From the NCBI GenBank assembly GCA_963799775.1, contig CAWCYD010000003.1, positions 288,001-352,000 of the forward strand: a stretch of DNA of 64,000 bases, given 5' to 3'. Shown piece by piece: positions 30,479 to 40,105 of this stretch. The stretch is from an uncultured archaeon. GTDB lineage: Archaea > Thermoproteota > Nitrososphaeria > Nitrososphaerales > Gagatemarchaeaceae. The position numbers and the translations under genes are program-made. The notes below the pieces were generated by a model. The model did no database searches and was not told the DNA's origin. It saw only the letters and a program-made list of their open reading frames with translations. Every line of letters begins with the position of its first letter. Position 1 is the stretch's first letter.

Positions 30479-30871
30479 ATGGCAAAACTTGACGACAAGG
30501 CAAGGACGCTCTTGGAGGGGAAGAATTTCGTTTTTGTTGCGACCGTCAACAAGGATGGGACCCCGCATCTTACTCCTACATGGGTAGACACCGACGGCGA
30601 GAACGTCCTGGTGAACACGGCTCTCGGCAGAAAGAAGGTCGCCAACATCAAGAAGGACGCACGGGCCGTGGTCGGCGTCTTTGACATGTCAAACCCATAT
30701 GAGCACCTGACCATCCAAGGAAAGGTCGTCAAGCAGATAACGGGCAAAGAGGCAGAGGCCCACATCGACAAGATGGCGAAGAAGTATCTTGGCAAGGACG
30801 TCTATCCCTATAGAAGGCCAGGCGAGAAGAGGGTGATCTTCGTGATAAAGCCCCTCAAGACCTACGCCTGA
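30479..30871 (+). CDS. PPOX-class (putative F420-dependent) oxidoreductase
   Basis: VATVNKDGTPHLTPTW, KKVANIKKD, IDKMAKKYLGKDVYP. Confidence 0.9.
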   Translation: MAKLDDKARTLLEGKNFVFVATVNKDGTPHLTPTWVDTDGENVLVNTALGRKKVANIKKDARAVVGVFDMSNPYEHLTIQGKVVKQITGKEAEAHIDKMAKKYLGKDVYPYRRPGEKRVIFVIKPLKTYA

Positions 30872-31002
30872 CGGGTGCTCGCGCCATCCCAACCTGCATC
30901 TGCAACGTCTGTAAGCACCTCAACTCCGCCTCTTGTTCGCGGTGTACCTGCTGCTCCTACAAGAAGGTGGCCTGCGTCCAGAACGAGAACGGCAGCACCT
31001 AG
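30868..31002 (+). CDS. Cys-rich metallothionein-like peptide (non-ATG start), absent from ORF track
   Basis: ..IPTCICNVCKHLNSASCSRCTCCSYKKVACVQNENGST*; 8 Cys in 38 aa; strong GC3 bias; fills the intergenic gap. Confidence 0.55.
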   Translation: MTGARAIPTCICNVCKHLNSASCSRCTCCSYKKVACVQNENGST

Positions 31003-31013
31003 CGCTAGTCGGC

Positions 31014-32501
31014 CTAGAACCCCGCTGGCTCACCGTCTCCGCGGATATCGCTCACAGCGACTTTCCCACCGGGGGTAAGCTCAATGCCCTGGGCGACGCC
31101 TTGGCGCGAGGGATAGTCGACGAGGCGCATCCCCGGGACGTCTCCTCCTAACCGGTATCCCCTCTCCACCAAGGTCTCCTCGCCGTCCCAGACGAAGCGC
31201 GGGTATCTCAAGCACTTCTCGATGTCCATCGAGTAGTCGATGACGTTGGAGGCGAAGAGCGCATGCAGCTGAGGCCGGCGTTCTCCGCCGCTCGTCCCAA
31301 TCGCGAGATACGGCGCCTCTCCCTCTCCCTTCGCGAGGAGGAGGGCCGAAAGCGTGTGGACCGGCCTCTTCCTCGGCGCCAGGGCGTTCGGCCCTGAGAG
31401 CTTGAATGCCGAGGCCCTGTTGTTCATGAAGAACCCTGATCTCGGCAGATACACCCTAGAGCCGAACGGATGAAAGAGACTCTGGATGCACGAGAGCAGG
31501 TTCCCTTCGCTATCTGAGACAGCGAAGTACGTGGTGTCTCCCTCTGCGACACGCGAGGTTGCTGGCGTGGGGCCAGAGTCAAGGAAGGTCGAGAGGTCGA
31601 AGGGGACGAACCTCGGGTCTCCAAGGCGCTCGTCCTTGGCACTCATCGCCGCCTTCGTCGCCTCGGTGACCAACCTCACCCTCTCGAGCGAGTCCGGCGG
31701 TGGAGGGTGCTCCCGTTCTATCCTCTTGAGGATGAGGAGGGTCGCCGCGCCCATGCTGTTCGGAGGGACCTCGAAGACCTCTCGTCCCCGATATCCGACC
31801 TTGAGCGGTTCCACCCACTCCGGCTTGAGCTCAAGGTCTTGGCGACTGACGTCCACTCCTCCGGCGCCGAGCACCTCCGAAATCTCATCGGCCGCATCTC
31901 CTCGATAGAACTCCTCGGCGCCGCCGTCTGCGACCTCCCTCAGTCGCTCCGCCAGGGCACTCTGTTTGAACAAAGCTCCGGCCTGCGGCCCGAGGCCTTC
32001 TCCGAAAACGAGCTGAGCGTCGCGGGGGAGGCTTCCCAGGTACCTGTCGCTCGCCCTCGCGAGCCCAGGCGAGACTTCGAAGCCAGCTTCGGCAAGCTGA
32101 ATCGCCCTCTCGAGGAGAGAGGCGAACTCCAGCCTTCCGTTGCCGCGGTGCAGCTCCTGCACGCCCGCGACAAGGCCTGGCAGGACCACGCTGAACGGGC
32201 CGAAGAGCGGCATCTCGTCGAGGCCCCTGGAATGGACCGACTCGAGGGTCAGTCCGGAGGGCGCCCAGCCGCTCCCGTTCAGGCAGCGGACCTTGCCGCT
32301 CTTCGCATCGTAGAGTAGGGCGAAGAAGTCACCTCCCAGCCCGCTCAGGTGAGGCAGCACGACGCCCAAGGCGAAACTCGCCGCGACCGCAGAGTCGAAG
32401 GCGTTGCCTCCCGCGGCCATGGTGTCCGCACCCGCCCAAGAAGCGAGCGGGTGCTCCGTCGCGATCGAGCAGCGTCTCGAAAGGGTGACCTTTGCTCCCA
32501 A
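31014..32501 (-). CDS. ggt: gamma-glutamyltransferase family protein
   Basis: GGNAFDSAVA, SGLGGDFF, PPNSMG, DTTYF (catalytic Thr), PRKRPVHTL. Confidence 0.93.
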   Translation of the reverse strand: MGAKVTLSRRCSIATEHPLASWAGADTMAAGGNAFDSAVAASFALGVVLPHLSGLGGDFFALLYDAKSGKVRCLNGSGWAPSGLTLESVHSRGLDEMPLFGPFSVVLPGLVAGVQELHRGNGRLEFASLLERAIQLAEAGFEVSPGLARASDRYLGSLPRDAQLVFGEGLGPQAGALFKQSALAERLREVADGGAEEFYRGDAADEISEVLGAGGVDVSRQDLELKPEWVEPLKVGYRGREVFEVPPNSMGAATLLILKRIEREHPPPPDSLERVRLVTEATKAAMSAKDERLGDPRFVPFDLSTFLDSGPTPATSRVAEGDTTYFAVSDSEGNLLSCIQSLFHPFGSRVYLPRSGFFMNNRASAFKLSGPNALAPRKRPVHTLSALLLAKGEGEAPYLAIGTSGGERRPQLHALFASNVIDYSMDIEKCLRYPRFVWDGEETLVERGYRLGGDVPGMRLVDYPSRQGVAQGIELTPGGKVAVSDIRGDGEPAGF

Positions 32502-32581
32502 GAGCCCGCCTTGGAAGGTCTCCCTCCGATAAAAGCGCGCCAGTCGTCACCGAGATATACCACCATAGCACTAGTCGCTTC

Positions 32582-33474
32582 GTGAAGAGCGAGAGAATAG
32601 GCTTCATCGGACTGGGGATAATGGGAAGTCTCATGGCCCAGAATCTGATCGACGCAGGATTCAAGCTAACCGTGTTCAACAGGAGCAGGCCAAGGATGGA
32701 GAGGCTCGTCTCAGCAGGAGCGGCTCCATCGACGTCACCGAGGGAGGTCGCGGAAAAGAGCGACGTCGTGATCACCATGGTGACCGACTCGGAGGCTGTG
32801 AAGGAAGTGGTCCTCGGCAAGGGAGGCGTCGTCGAAGGGGCGCATGCGGGCCTGGTCCTCATCGACATGAGCACCATCTCTCCGAGCGTGACGAGGAGCC
32901 TGTCTTCAGCGCTCAGCTCAAAGGGGGTGACGATGCTCGATGCCCCTGTCAGCGGCGGAGACAAGGGAGCCAAGGAGATGGACACCTGACGATTATGGTC
33001 GGAGGCCCGTCCAAGGCCTACGAATCGTGCCTGCCGATCCTCCAAGTTTTGGGCAAGAAGGTGGTCCACATGGGCGAGAGCGGGGCCGGGCAGTTCACCA
33101 AGCTCGCGAACCAGATCTTGGTGGCGTGCAACATGATAGGCGTCTCGGAGTGTCTGAACTTCGCCCGCAAGGCCGGGTTGGATCCAGACAAGCTCATCGA
33201 CTCCCTCTCAGCGGGTGCGGCTTCCTCTTGGAGCTTGGTGAACCTTGGTCCAAGGATGGTGAAGAGAGACTTCGCGCCCGGCTTCAAGGTCAAGCTGCTC
33301 GAGAAGGATCTCCGCTACGTCCTCTCGTCCGGCGAGGAGTAGGATGCATCCCTCCCAGCGACCTCCCTCGTCTACAAGCTCTATCAGCAGCTCGAACGAA
33401 AGGGTCTCGGGGACCTCGGCACCCAGGCATTGCTGACCGTCGTCGAGCAGCCCTCTGACGAGAGCCGAGACTAG
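32582..33474 (+). CDS. NAD(P)-dependent 3-hydroxyisobutyrate dehydrogenase-family oxidoreductase (frameshift ~32985, in-frame TAG at 33340)
   Basis: IGFIGLGIMGS, DAPVSGG, FTKLANQI, FAPGFKV; homolog-like sequence continues past the TAG (SLPATSLVYKLY...GLGDLGTQAL). Confidence 0.88.
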
Positions 33475-33510
33475 AAAGCCATATATTCGCGGTCGCATGT
33501 CAGAACAGAC

Positions 33511-33642
33511 ATGTGCGACTGTGAAGAGATGGAGTTCGAAGACTTTGAAGTCATGCTGTCTGCAATCTCAGCAAGGCCTGCTCCGCCCGTAGAGGCGTCT
33601 GTTGCCCCTCTGATCAAGGTCTCCACAAGACGAAACAGGTAG
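33511..33642 (+). CDS. small protein MCDCEE... (43 aa), absent from ORF track
   Basis: MCDCEEMEFEDFEVMLSAISARPAPPVEASVAPLIKVSTRRNR*; TATA-like ATATATT at 33481. Confidence 0.5.
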   Translation: MCDCEEMEFEDFEVMLSAISARPAPPVEASVAPLIKVSTRRNR

Positions 33643-33693
33643 GGAGAGCCTCGGCAGCGGCCCGCGTCGCGTGCTGGCGGTTAATGAACGTAG

Positions 33694-33725
33694 GAATAAC
33701 TGGGTCAGAATAACTTATAAGATAT
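33694..33725. promoter_or_regulatory. candidate operator upstream of the methionine synthase operon
   Basis: Two copies of GAATAACT and near-palindrome ATAACTTATAAGATAT (33710-33725) in an AT-rich patch. Confidence 0.45.
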
Positions 33726-33785
33726 GAATATTGCGACGGGCCCCTTGGCGAAGCTTTTACTCCGCACGTCAGGAGGCGTTCGGGT

Positions 33786-34815
33786 TTGACCGAGTACGAC
33801 ATCGGGCTGACCGGTCTTCACGCGAGGAACGAGAAGACAATCCAGGCGACCCAGGACTGGGAGAGGAGCAGGATCAACGACACGATACTTGACGAGAACT
33901 TGGTCAAGGACTGCGAGCAGCTCGTAGAGCTTCAGAAGCGCCTCGGGGTGAGATATCTGACCGACGGGCAGATCACCCTTCCGTGGCATGAACCTCTTCC
34001 GACCCATCAGCGCCGGGTTCGAAGGGCTCGAGCCGGGGCCGATGGTCAGGTGGTTCAACACCAACACATTCTTCTTCACTCCCATAGTGACAGGCGAGAT
34101 TTCATCAGACGGGAATGTCCTCTCCAAGACCATCGAGAAGAGGTTCGCCGACCAGGCGTCGTCCTCCCTCAAGGTCGTCCTGCCCGACCCTCTCACGTTC
34201 TCTGAGCTCTCCGAGGACAGGATCTACTCGAACAAAGAGAAGCTCCAGTTCGCCTACGCCGACGCGATCTCAAGGGAGCTGCGGGGTCTCTCTTCCGTCG
34301 GCGTGAGGTACGTGCAGTTCTCGTCGCCCAGCCTGGTCTACAGGCTGAAGCAGCGGCCCCTCAAGCGGGACGATCTCAAGCAGCTCGGCGAGGCGATACG
34401 GAGCGCCCTGAAACGGGTCAACCTGGCATCGGGGTTCTATCCCTTCTTCGGAGACGCCTCGCCTTACCTCCCGGACCTTTTCGACGTCATCCCGACGGAC
34501 GACATCGGGATAGACCTCACGCAGACGGACGATTCGGCCCTCTCGGAGACAAAGAAGGGGATTATCGCGGGGATAGTCGACTCTCGCACCACGTATCTCG
34601 AGGACGTCGAGTCGCTCGCGGCGCGCGCCGAGCTAGTCCAGGAACGGACGGGCACGAAGAGGCTCACGCTCGCCCCCTCCGCCGACCTCAGGTACATCCC
34701 ACGAGTCCACGCCGACCAGAAGCTCGAGCTTCTCGGGCGTCTCAAGTCTGTCTTGAAGAAGGGTTCTCCGAAGAAACGAAAGGCGCCAGTCAAGAGGAGG
34801 ACATCGAGGAATTGA
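33786..34815 (+). CDS. metE: cobalamin-independent methionine synthase, N-terminal (non-catalytic) half of split MetE (frameshift ~33988)
   Basis: LTDGQ, VRWFNTNTFF (compare RWFDTNYHY), GIVDSRTT, LAPSADL; no Zn ligands. Confidence 0.82.
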
Positions 34816-36007
34816 AGCCCTTCCCTACGCAAGAGATAGGCAGCCTGCCGAAGTTCGCGTGGAGGTCCAAGCCTTTCAGGCAGATGCCTCTCACTGACGA
34901 CGACCTCGAGACAGCCCGCCAATGGGGAGACCGGCTCCAGGTCGAGGGAAGGACCGACCTCTACAGGCTGCTCTCGAAACGCTACTCTTTCAGCGAGGAA
35001 GAGAAGAAGACTATCGTCGACTTCTCCCTCCTCTACGCCATACGGATGTGCGAGACCGCTGGCCAAGGCATCGCCGAAGAGCCCGGGCTCGACCTGGTGT
35101 GGAGCGGCGAACAGGCGAGGACGGAGATGTACGAGACACCGGTCTCAAACATCGACGGCTTCGAGTTCGTCGGCCGGGTGAGGAGCTTCGACAACAAGTA
35201 CTGGAGGATGGCGTCGATACGCTCGCCACCGAGATACAAGGAGAACTACCACCTGGACGAGTTCCTCTACACCAAGGAGAACACGTCTCGGAGACGCAAA
35301 GGTCCCCGTGACCGACGCCATCACAATCATGGCGTGGTCGGACAACAACTACTACACGGGCAAGTGGGCGAAGAAGGGCAGCCTGAAGCCTGCCCAGAGA
35401 AGTTTCAGCGCCCGCAGGGACTTCACTCTGGAGCTCGCGAAGATAATCCGGAAGGTTATCCGAGAGCTCATCGAGAAGGGAGTCGAGGAGGTCCAGATCG
35501 ACATCCCAGCGGCCACACAGTATCAGTCGGAGGACGACATCAAGCTGGTAGCCGAGTCTTTCAACGAGACGACGGAAGGGCTCTCGGCCACCTTCAGCGT
35601 CCACAGCTGCTTCCCTCCGAGCACGGGTTACGGAATACTCTTCCCCCACCTCCTCGAGATGAAGAAGTGCGAGCGTTTCTCGTTCGAGTACGGCAACCGG
35701 GACACCTTCGAGACGGGTCTAGACGCCCACTCCAGAGTCGGGTTCGAGGAACCTCAAGCTGTTCAAGGAGTACGGCTACAAGAAGGAGCTGGGCGTCGGC
35801 GTGATTCACATCCACACCGACACCCTCCCGAGCGCCGAGGTCGTCAGGGACCGCGTCCTGTACTCCGCCAAGGTCACAGGGCTCCCGCCAGAGAACCTCT
35901 TTGCGACCCCGGACTGCGGTCTGCGGACGAGGCGCCCAGAGGTGGCCCAGAAGATGCTGGACCTCACCGTGGCCGGGGCGGAGCTCGCGAGGCGAGCTTA
36001 CGCTTGA
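34812..36007 (+). CDS. metE: cobalamin-independent methionine synthase, catalytic half of split MetE (frameshifts ~35297, ~35750)
   Basis: PTQEIGSLP, SGEQARTEM, VRSFDNKYW, Zn ligands VHSC / FEY / PDCGLRT. Confidence 0.88.
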
Positions 36008-37255
36008 TTCCCAAGGTCACGACAATAGGGAGCTATCCCACATTCCCGCGGTCCGAGGAAGTGGAGTACTACTACACGATCTCGCAGCACGGACTCGGCG
36101 GCGAGGTGGTCGACCCCTACCTTTGGGCGATCGAGGAAGCCATCAAGGACTTCACCTCCGCTGGAGTCGAGGTTCGCGTCGACCGGCCAGTCCAGAGGTG
36201 ACCTCTACTCGCTCTTCCTCGACCCGAAGTTCGTGAAAGGCGTCTCGTGGCAGGGGGCGGACGCCTACATCAACGAGAAGATCGAGCGAACCGGGCCCAT
36301 CCGCCTCGCCGACGCGCTCCATGCGAGGGCCGTCCTCCCGAGGCAATACGAGCTGAAGGAGCCCATAACCGACGCCTACACGCTCGCCCGTTACGCGAAG
36401 ATCAACACGGGGGCCTACGCAGACACAAGGGAACTTGCGAAGGAGATCAACAGGAAGATAATCATCCCCGAGATCGAAGACCTACAGAAGAGCGGCGCCG
36501 TCTCATGGCTCCAACTCGACTCCCCGACGATCGCGGCCGAGTCCTCCCCCCCCGACTACATCAGGGACCTCTACGAGGAGCTCGCGACGGTCTCGAAACT
36601 CCCGATCGTCGTGCACGCCTGCGGCGACACGGTGAGGATATTCTCTTCGTTGCTCACGAAGCTCAAGGTCCAGACGATCTCGATGGACTTCTACCATTAT
36701 CCAAAGCTCTTCGAGGAGGTGGCCAAGAAGAGCTACGACCAGACCATAGGCCTCGGCTGCACCGACAGCCAGAGCCCGCGGGTCGAGACCGTCGACGAGA
36801 CCAGGCGGCTCATCGCGTTCGCCCAGGTGAGGATAGGGAGGGACAGGATCCAGTTCGTGCACCCTCACTGCGGCCAGAGGAACCTCAACCGCGAGGTCGC
36901 GTACGAGAAGAACGTCGTCCTGACCCTCGCTCGGGACGACGCTTGCTTCGGCCAGCCTGAGGAGGCCTCTGCGTCCCATCTCACTGAGAAGGAGTACGAC
37001 CCCAAGGGCTACTTCCTCGTCGCGGTGAGCAGGGAGACGAAGGAGATAGTCGTGACCTACTACACCTTCGAGCACGTAGCGAAGAAGAGGTTCAGGAGCA
37101 AGTCCGCCGAGAGGCTATTCCAGTCCCTCAACGACGAGGCCGACGCTCTTGGGCTATCGAGGAGGCACCTCTCCTACCTGACGCTCGAGCTTGGGCGCGC
37201 CGAGGCCTCACTCGCCTCCGAGTCGCAGACCTATCGGCAAAAAGTGATAGAGTAG
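36004..37255 (+). CDS. second core methionine-synthase-like protein (MesA-like) fused to a C-terminal DUF4346-like domain (frameshift ~36175)
   Basis: TTG start overlaps previous TGA; TTIGSYP, DPYLWAIEEAI, TGQSRGD, VHACG, PHCGQR; C-terminal DPKGYFLV...HLSYLTLELGRAEASL. Confidence 0.78.
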
Positions 37256-38131
37256 TGAGGCTTGCGGAGAGGCTGGAGAGAGGCATCTTCACCACGGTGG
37301 TGGAGATCTTCCCTCCGAACTTCAGCGCCGAGACGGCAAAAGAGCCTCTGCTCGGCCTACGCCAGAAGACGCAGGACATCGTCGCCCGGGTGAAGAAGGT
37401 GGAGTACCTGGCGGACTGCGTCCTTGTGGCCGACATGAATGGACCTGGGCAGGCTGAAGCTCTCGAGCATATACACCGCGGCGATGCTAAAGCGGGAACT
37501 TGACACGGAGGTCATCCCGGTCATCGCAGCCAGGGACGGCAACAGGTCTGCGGTAAGGGCACTCTTCTTGAGCGCCCTTTCCTACGGTCTGGACTCCGTG
37601 ATGCTCGTGTGGGGTGACCGGTATAACGAAGGGGAGGGCTCTGCCAACGTCTACGACTTCCCTTCGCTCTCCGTCGTCATCAAGGAGATGAGGGAGCTGG
37701 CGGAAAGGGCGGACGTCAAGGCCACCATCCTTGCCCCCGTGAACATCGCGACGCTCGGGACCAAGAAGGGCGACGAGATCGCGAGCTCGCGACTCAAGAA
37801 CGGGGCCGATTGCCTGCTCGCCCAGCCGCCCACCTCTGACGTGACGCAGACGCTGCCCAGTCAGGTCAAGATCCTGGAAGAGAAGAAGCTGAAGAAGAGG
37901 GTGCTCCTCAACGTCTTCCCGTTCAGGGACAAGGAGGACATCGAGGCGTGCCGGAAGCGATTCAACTGGAACATCCCACCGGCATTGGACAAGATGGCCG
38001 AGGAAGGAGGAGAGGCCAGGCTGCTCAAGGAGTCGAGGTCTGTTGTGGAGAAGATGCGAAACGACCGCCTCCCCGGGGTCTACGTCTCGACTAGAGGCAG
38101 ACCTGAACTCGCGCGCTTCATCCTCGACTGA
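37255..38131 (+). CDS. metF: 5,10-methylenetetrahydrofolate reductase-like protein (frameshift ~37440)
   Basis: VEIFPP, VIPVIAARDGNR, MLVWGD, GADCLLAQP; directly follows the methionine synthase genes. Confidence 0.8.
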
Positions 38132-38199
38132 GACGAACCCTTCGCACGATCCCTTGAAGACCTAAATATCGTCGAGCGTGCGAGTTCGAGTCTCTCCCA

Positions 38200-38913
38200 T
38201 TGAAGGCCCTGATTCTCGCCGGCGGTCAGGGCCTGAGGCTCAGACCGCTAACGGACGACAGGCCAAAACCTCTGGTGGCTGTGGGAGGAAAGCCGATAGC
38301 CGAGTGGCAGCTCGACTGGCTCATCAGGAACGTCAAGCTGGACAGGGCGACGTTTCTCTGCGGCTACAAGTGGACTAGGCTCAAGGAGCATTTCGGGAGC
38401 GACTATCGGGGCGTCAAGATCGAGTACAGCGTCGAGGAGACGCCTCTCGGGACAGGTGGGGCCTTCCGCAAAGCGATAGAGTCAGGCGACATGGGAGACG
38501 AAGACGTCGTCATGATGAACGGGGACATCATAACGGAGCTCCCGCTCAAGGAGATGATCGGCGCCCGTTCAAGGGCCAAAGCGACCCCGGTGATAACGCT
38601 CATGCTCGTGCCCTACAAGTCGCGGTTCGGGATAGTGCACGTCGACGAGGAGGGCTTCGTGAGAGGCTTCGAGGAAAAGCCCGAGTTCAAGGATGTCTGG
38701 ATCAACGGCGGCGTCTACGTGGGGAACGCGAAGAGGCTCCTTCCGTCGCTCCCAAAAAGAGGGGACATCGAGAGAGAGACCTTCCCGAAGCTCGCAAAGG
38801 CAGGACAGGTCGCGGCCTATCGGTTCAGGGGTTTCTGGTCGCTGGTCGACTCGATCAAGGACATCCAAGAGGTCGAGAAAGAGCTCGCGCCCCGCAAGCC
38901 AGGCACTAGCTGA
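38200..38913 (+). CDS. sugar-phosphate nucleotidyltransferase (mannose-1-P guanylyltransferase-like)
   Basis: ILAGGQGLRLRPLTDDRPKPL, PLGTGGA, MNGDI, FEEKP. Confidence 0.92.
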   Translation: MKALILAGGQGLRLRPLTDDRPKPLVAVGGKPIAEWQLDWLIRNVKLDRATFLCGYKWTRLKEHFGSDYRGVKIEYSVEETPLGTGGAFRKAIESGDMGDEDVVMMNGDIITELPLKEMIGARSRAKATPVITLMLVPYKSRFGIVHVDEEGFVRGFEEKPEFKDVWINGGVYVGNAKRLLPSLPKRGDIERETFPKLAKAGQVAAYRFRGFWSLVDSIKDIQEVEKELAPRKPGTS

Positions 38914-38983
38914 ACCCTGGTTGGTCGGGGACACGGGCGCCTCCGCTGGGAAATCCTTATTATGGCACCGCGGGGTGCGCCCT

Positions 38984-40105
38984 TTGGTAAGGGTCAATGA
39001 ATCCTTGCCACAAAGTTTTGTCGCGAAATTAAAGTCAGCCTCTCAAGCTTACACTTTCAGAGACTTCATCCTTCTCCCCGGGCGGAGCGAGGTCGAACCA
39101 AAGGACATCGACCTCTCTTCTCGAGTGACCAAGAACATCAAGCTCTCCCTCCCGTTCGTCTCTTCGCCCATGGACACGGTGACCGAGTGGAAGATGGCCG
39201 CGGAGCTCGCGAGGATAGGAGCGGTGGGCGTCATCCATCGCAACATGAGGGTGGAGAGCCAGGTCGACCAGGTCAAGAAAGCGAAAGCAGCCAAGGTCGA
39301 AGCCAAGACAGTCGATGCGAAGGGAAGGCCGCTCGTGGGGGCCTCGGTCTCCCCCCTAGACACGAAGAGGTGCGAGGCTCTGGACAAGGTCGCGGACTTC
39401 CTGGTCTCGGACGTCGCGCACTTCCACAACTCCAACCTCCTGAGGGTCACGGCGAAGCTACTGCCGAACCTTAGCTCTGACTTTGTAGCTGGAAACATAG
39501 GCACGAGGCGGGCCGTCCGAGACATCCTCGCCGAGCTGCCCAGGGTCGAGGGCTTTAGGGTCGGAATCGGCTCAGGTTCTGTCTGCATCACCTCGGAGGT
39601 GACGCGCGTGGGCGCACCGACGCTCTTCGCCGTCTCCGAGGTCGCGACAGCCGTCAACGAGCTCAACTCGGACGTCCCAATCATCGCGGACGGCGGCATC
39701 CGTGGCGCGGGGGACGCCTCGCTCGCGCTCGCTGCCGGCGCCTCGACTGTCATGCTGGGCTCGATGTTGGCGGGCTGCGACGAGTCCCCGTCCAAGGTCG
39801 TCATCAAGGACGGCAGGAAGATGAAGGTGCACAGGGGGATGGCAAGCGCCGCCGCAAGGAGCGTGAGGTTCGCGCTCGACAGATACAGCGTCCCGGCGAA
39901 AGGGCTCGAGGAGGGGGTGGAGGCCTACGTTGCCTACTCGGGCAAAGCCTCAGACGTCCTTGGCAACCTGGCGAACGGCCTGAAGGCTTCCTTCGGGTAC
40001 TCCGGGGCGAAGAGCATCCCCGATCTCTGGAACGTCGCATCGTTCGGTTACGTTTCTCCACAGGGCACCACCGAGCTCGGCGTCCACTCTCTAACCCTAA
40101 AGTGA
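38984..40105 (+). CDS. guaB: IMP dehydrogenase without CBS domains (start uncertain)
   Basis: SSPMDTVTE, VIHRNM, GIGSGSVCIT, IIADGGIR, VMLGSMLAG; adjacent to guaA. Confidence 0.88.
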   Translation: MVRVNESLPQSFVAKLKSASQAYTFRDFILLPGRSEVEPKDIDLSSRVTKNIKLSLPFVSSPMDTVTEWKMAAELARIGAVGVIHRNMRVESQVDQVKKAKAAKVEAKTVDAKGRPLVGASVSPLDTKRCEALDKVADFLVSDVAHFHNSNLLRVTAKLLPNLSSDFVAGNIGTRRAVRDILAELPRVEGFRVGIGSGSVCITSEVTRVGAPTLFAVSEVATAVNELNSDVPIIADGGIRGAGDASLALAAGASTVMLGSMLAGCDESPSKVVIKDGRKMKVHRGMASAAARSVRFALDRYSVPAKGLEEGVEAYVAYSGKASDVLGNLANGLKASFGYSGAKSIPDLWNVASFGYVSPQGTTELGVHSLTLK

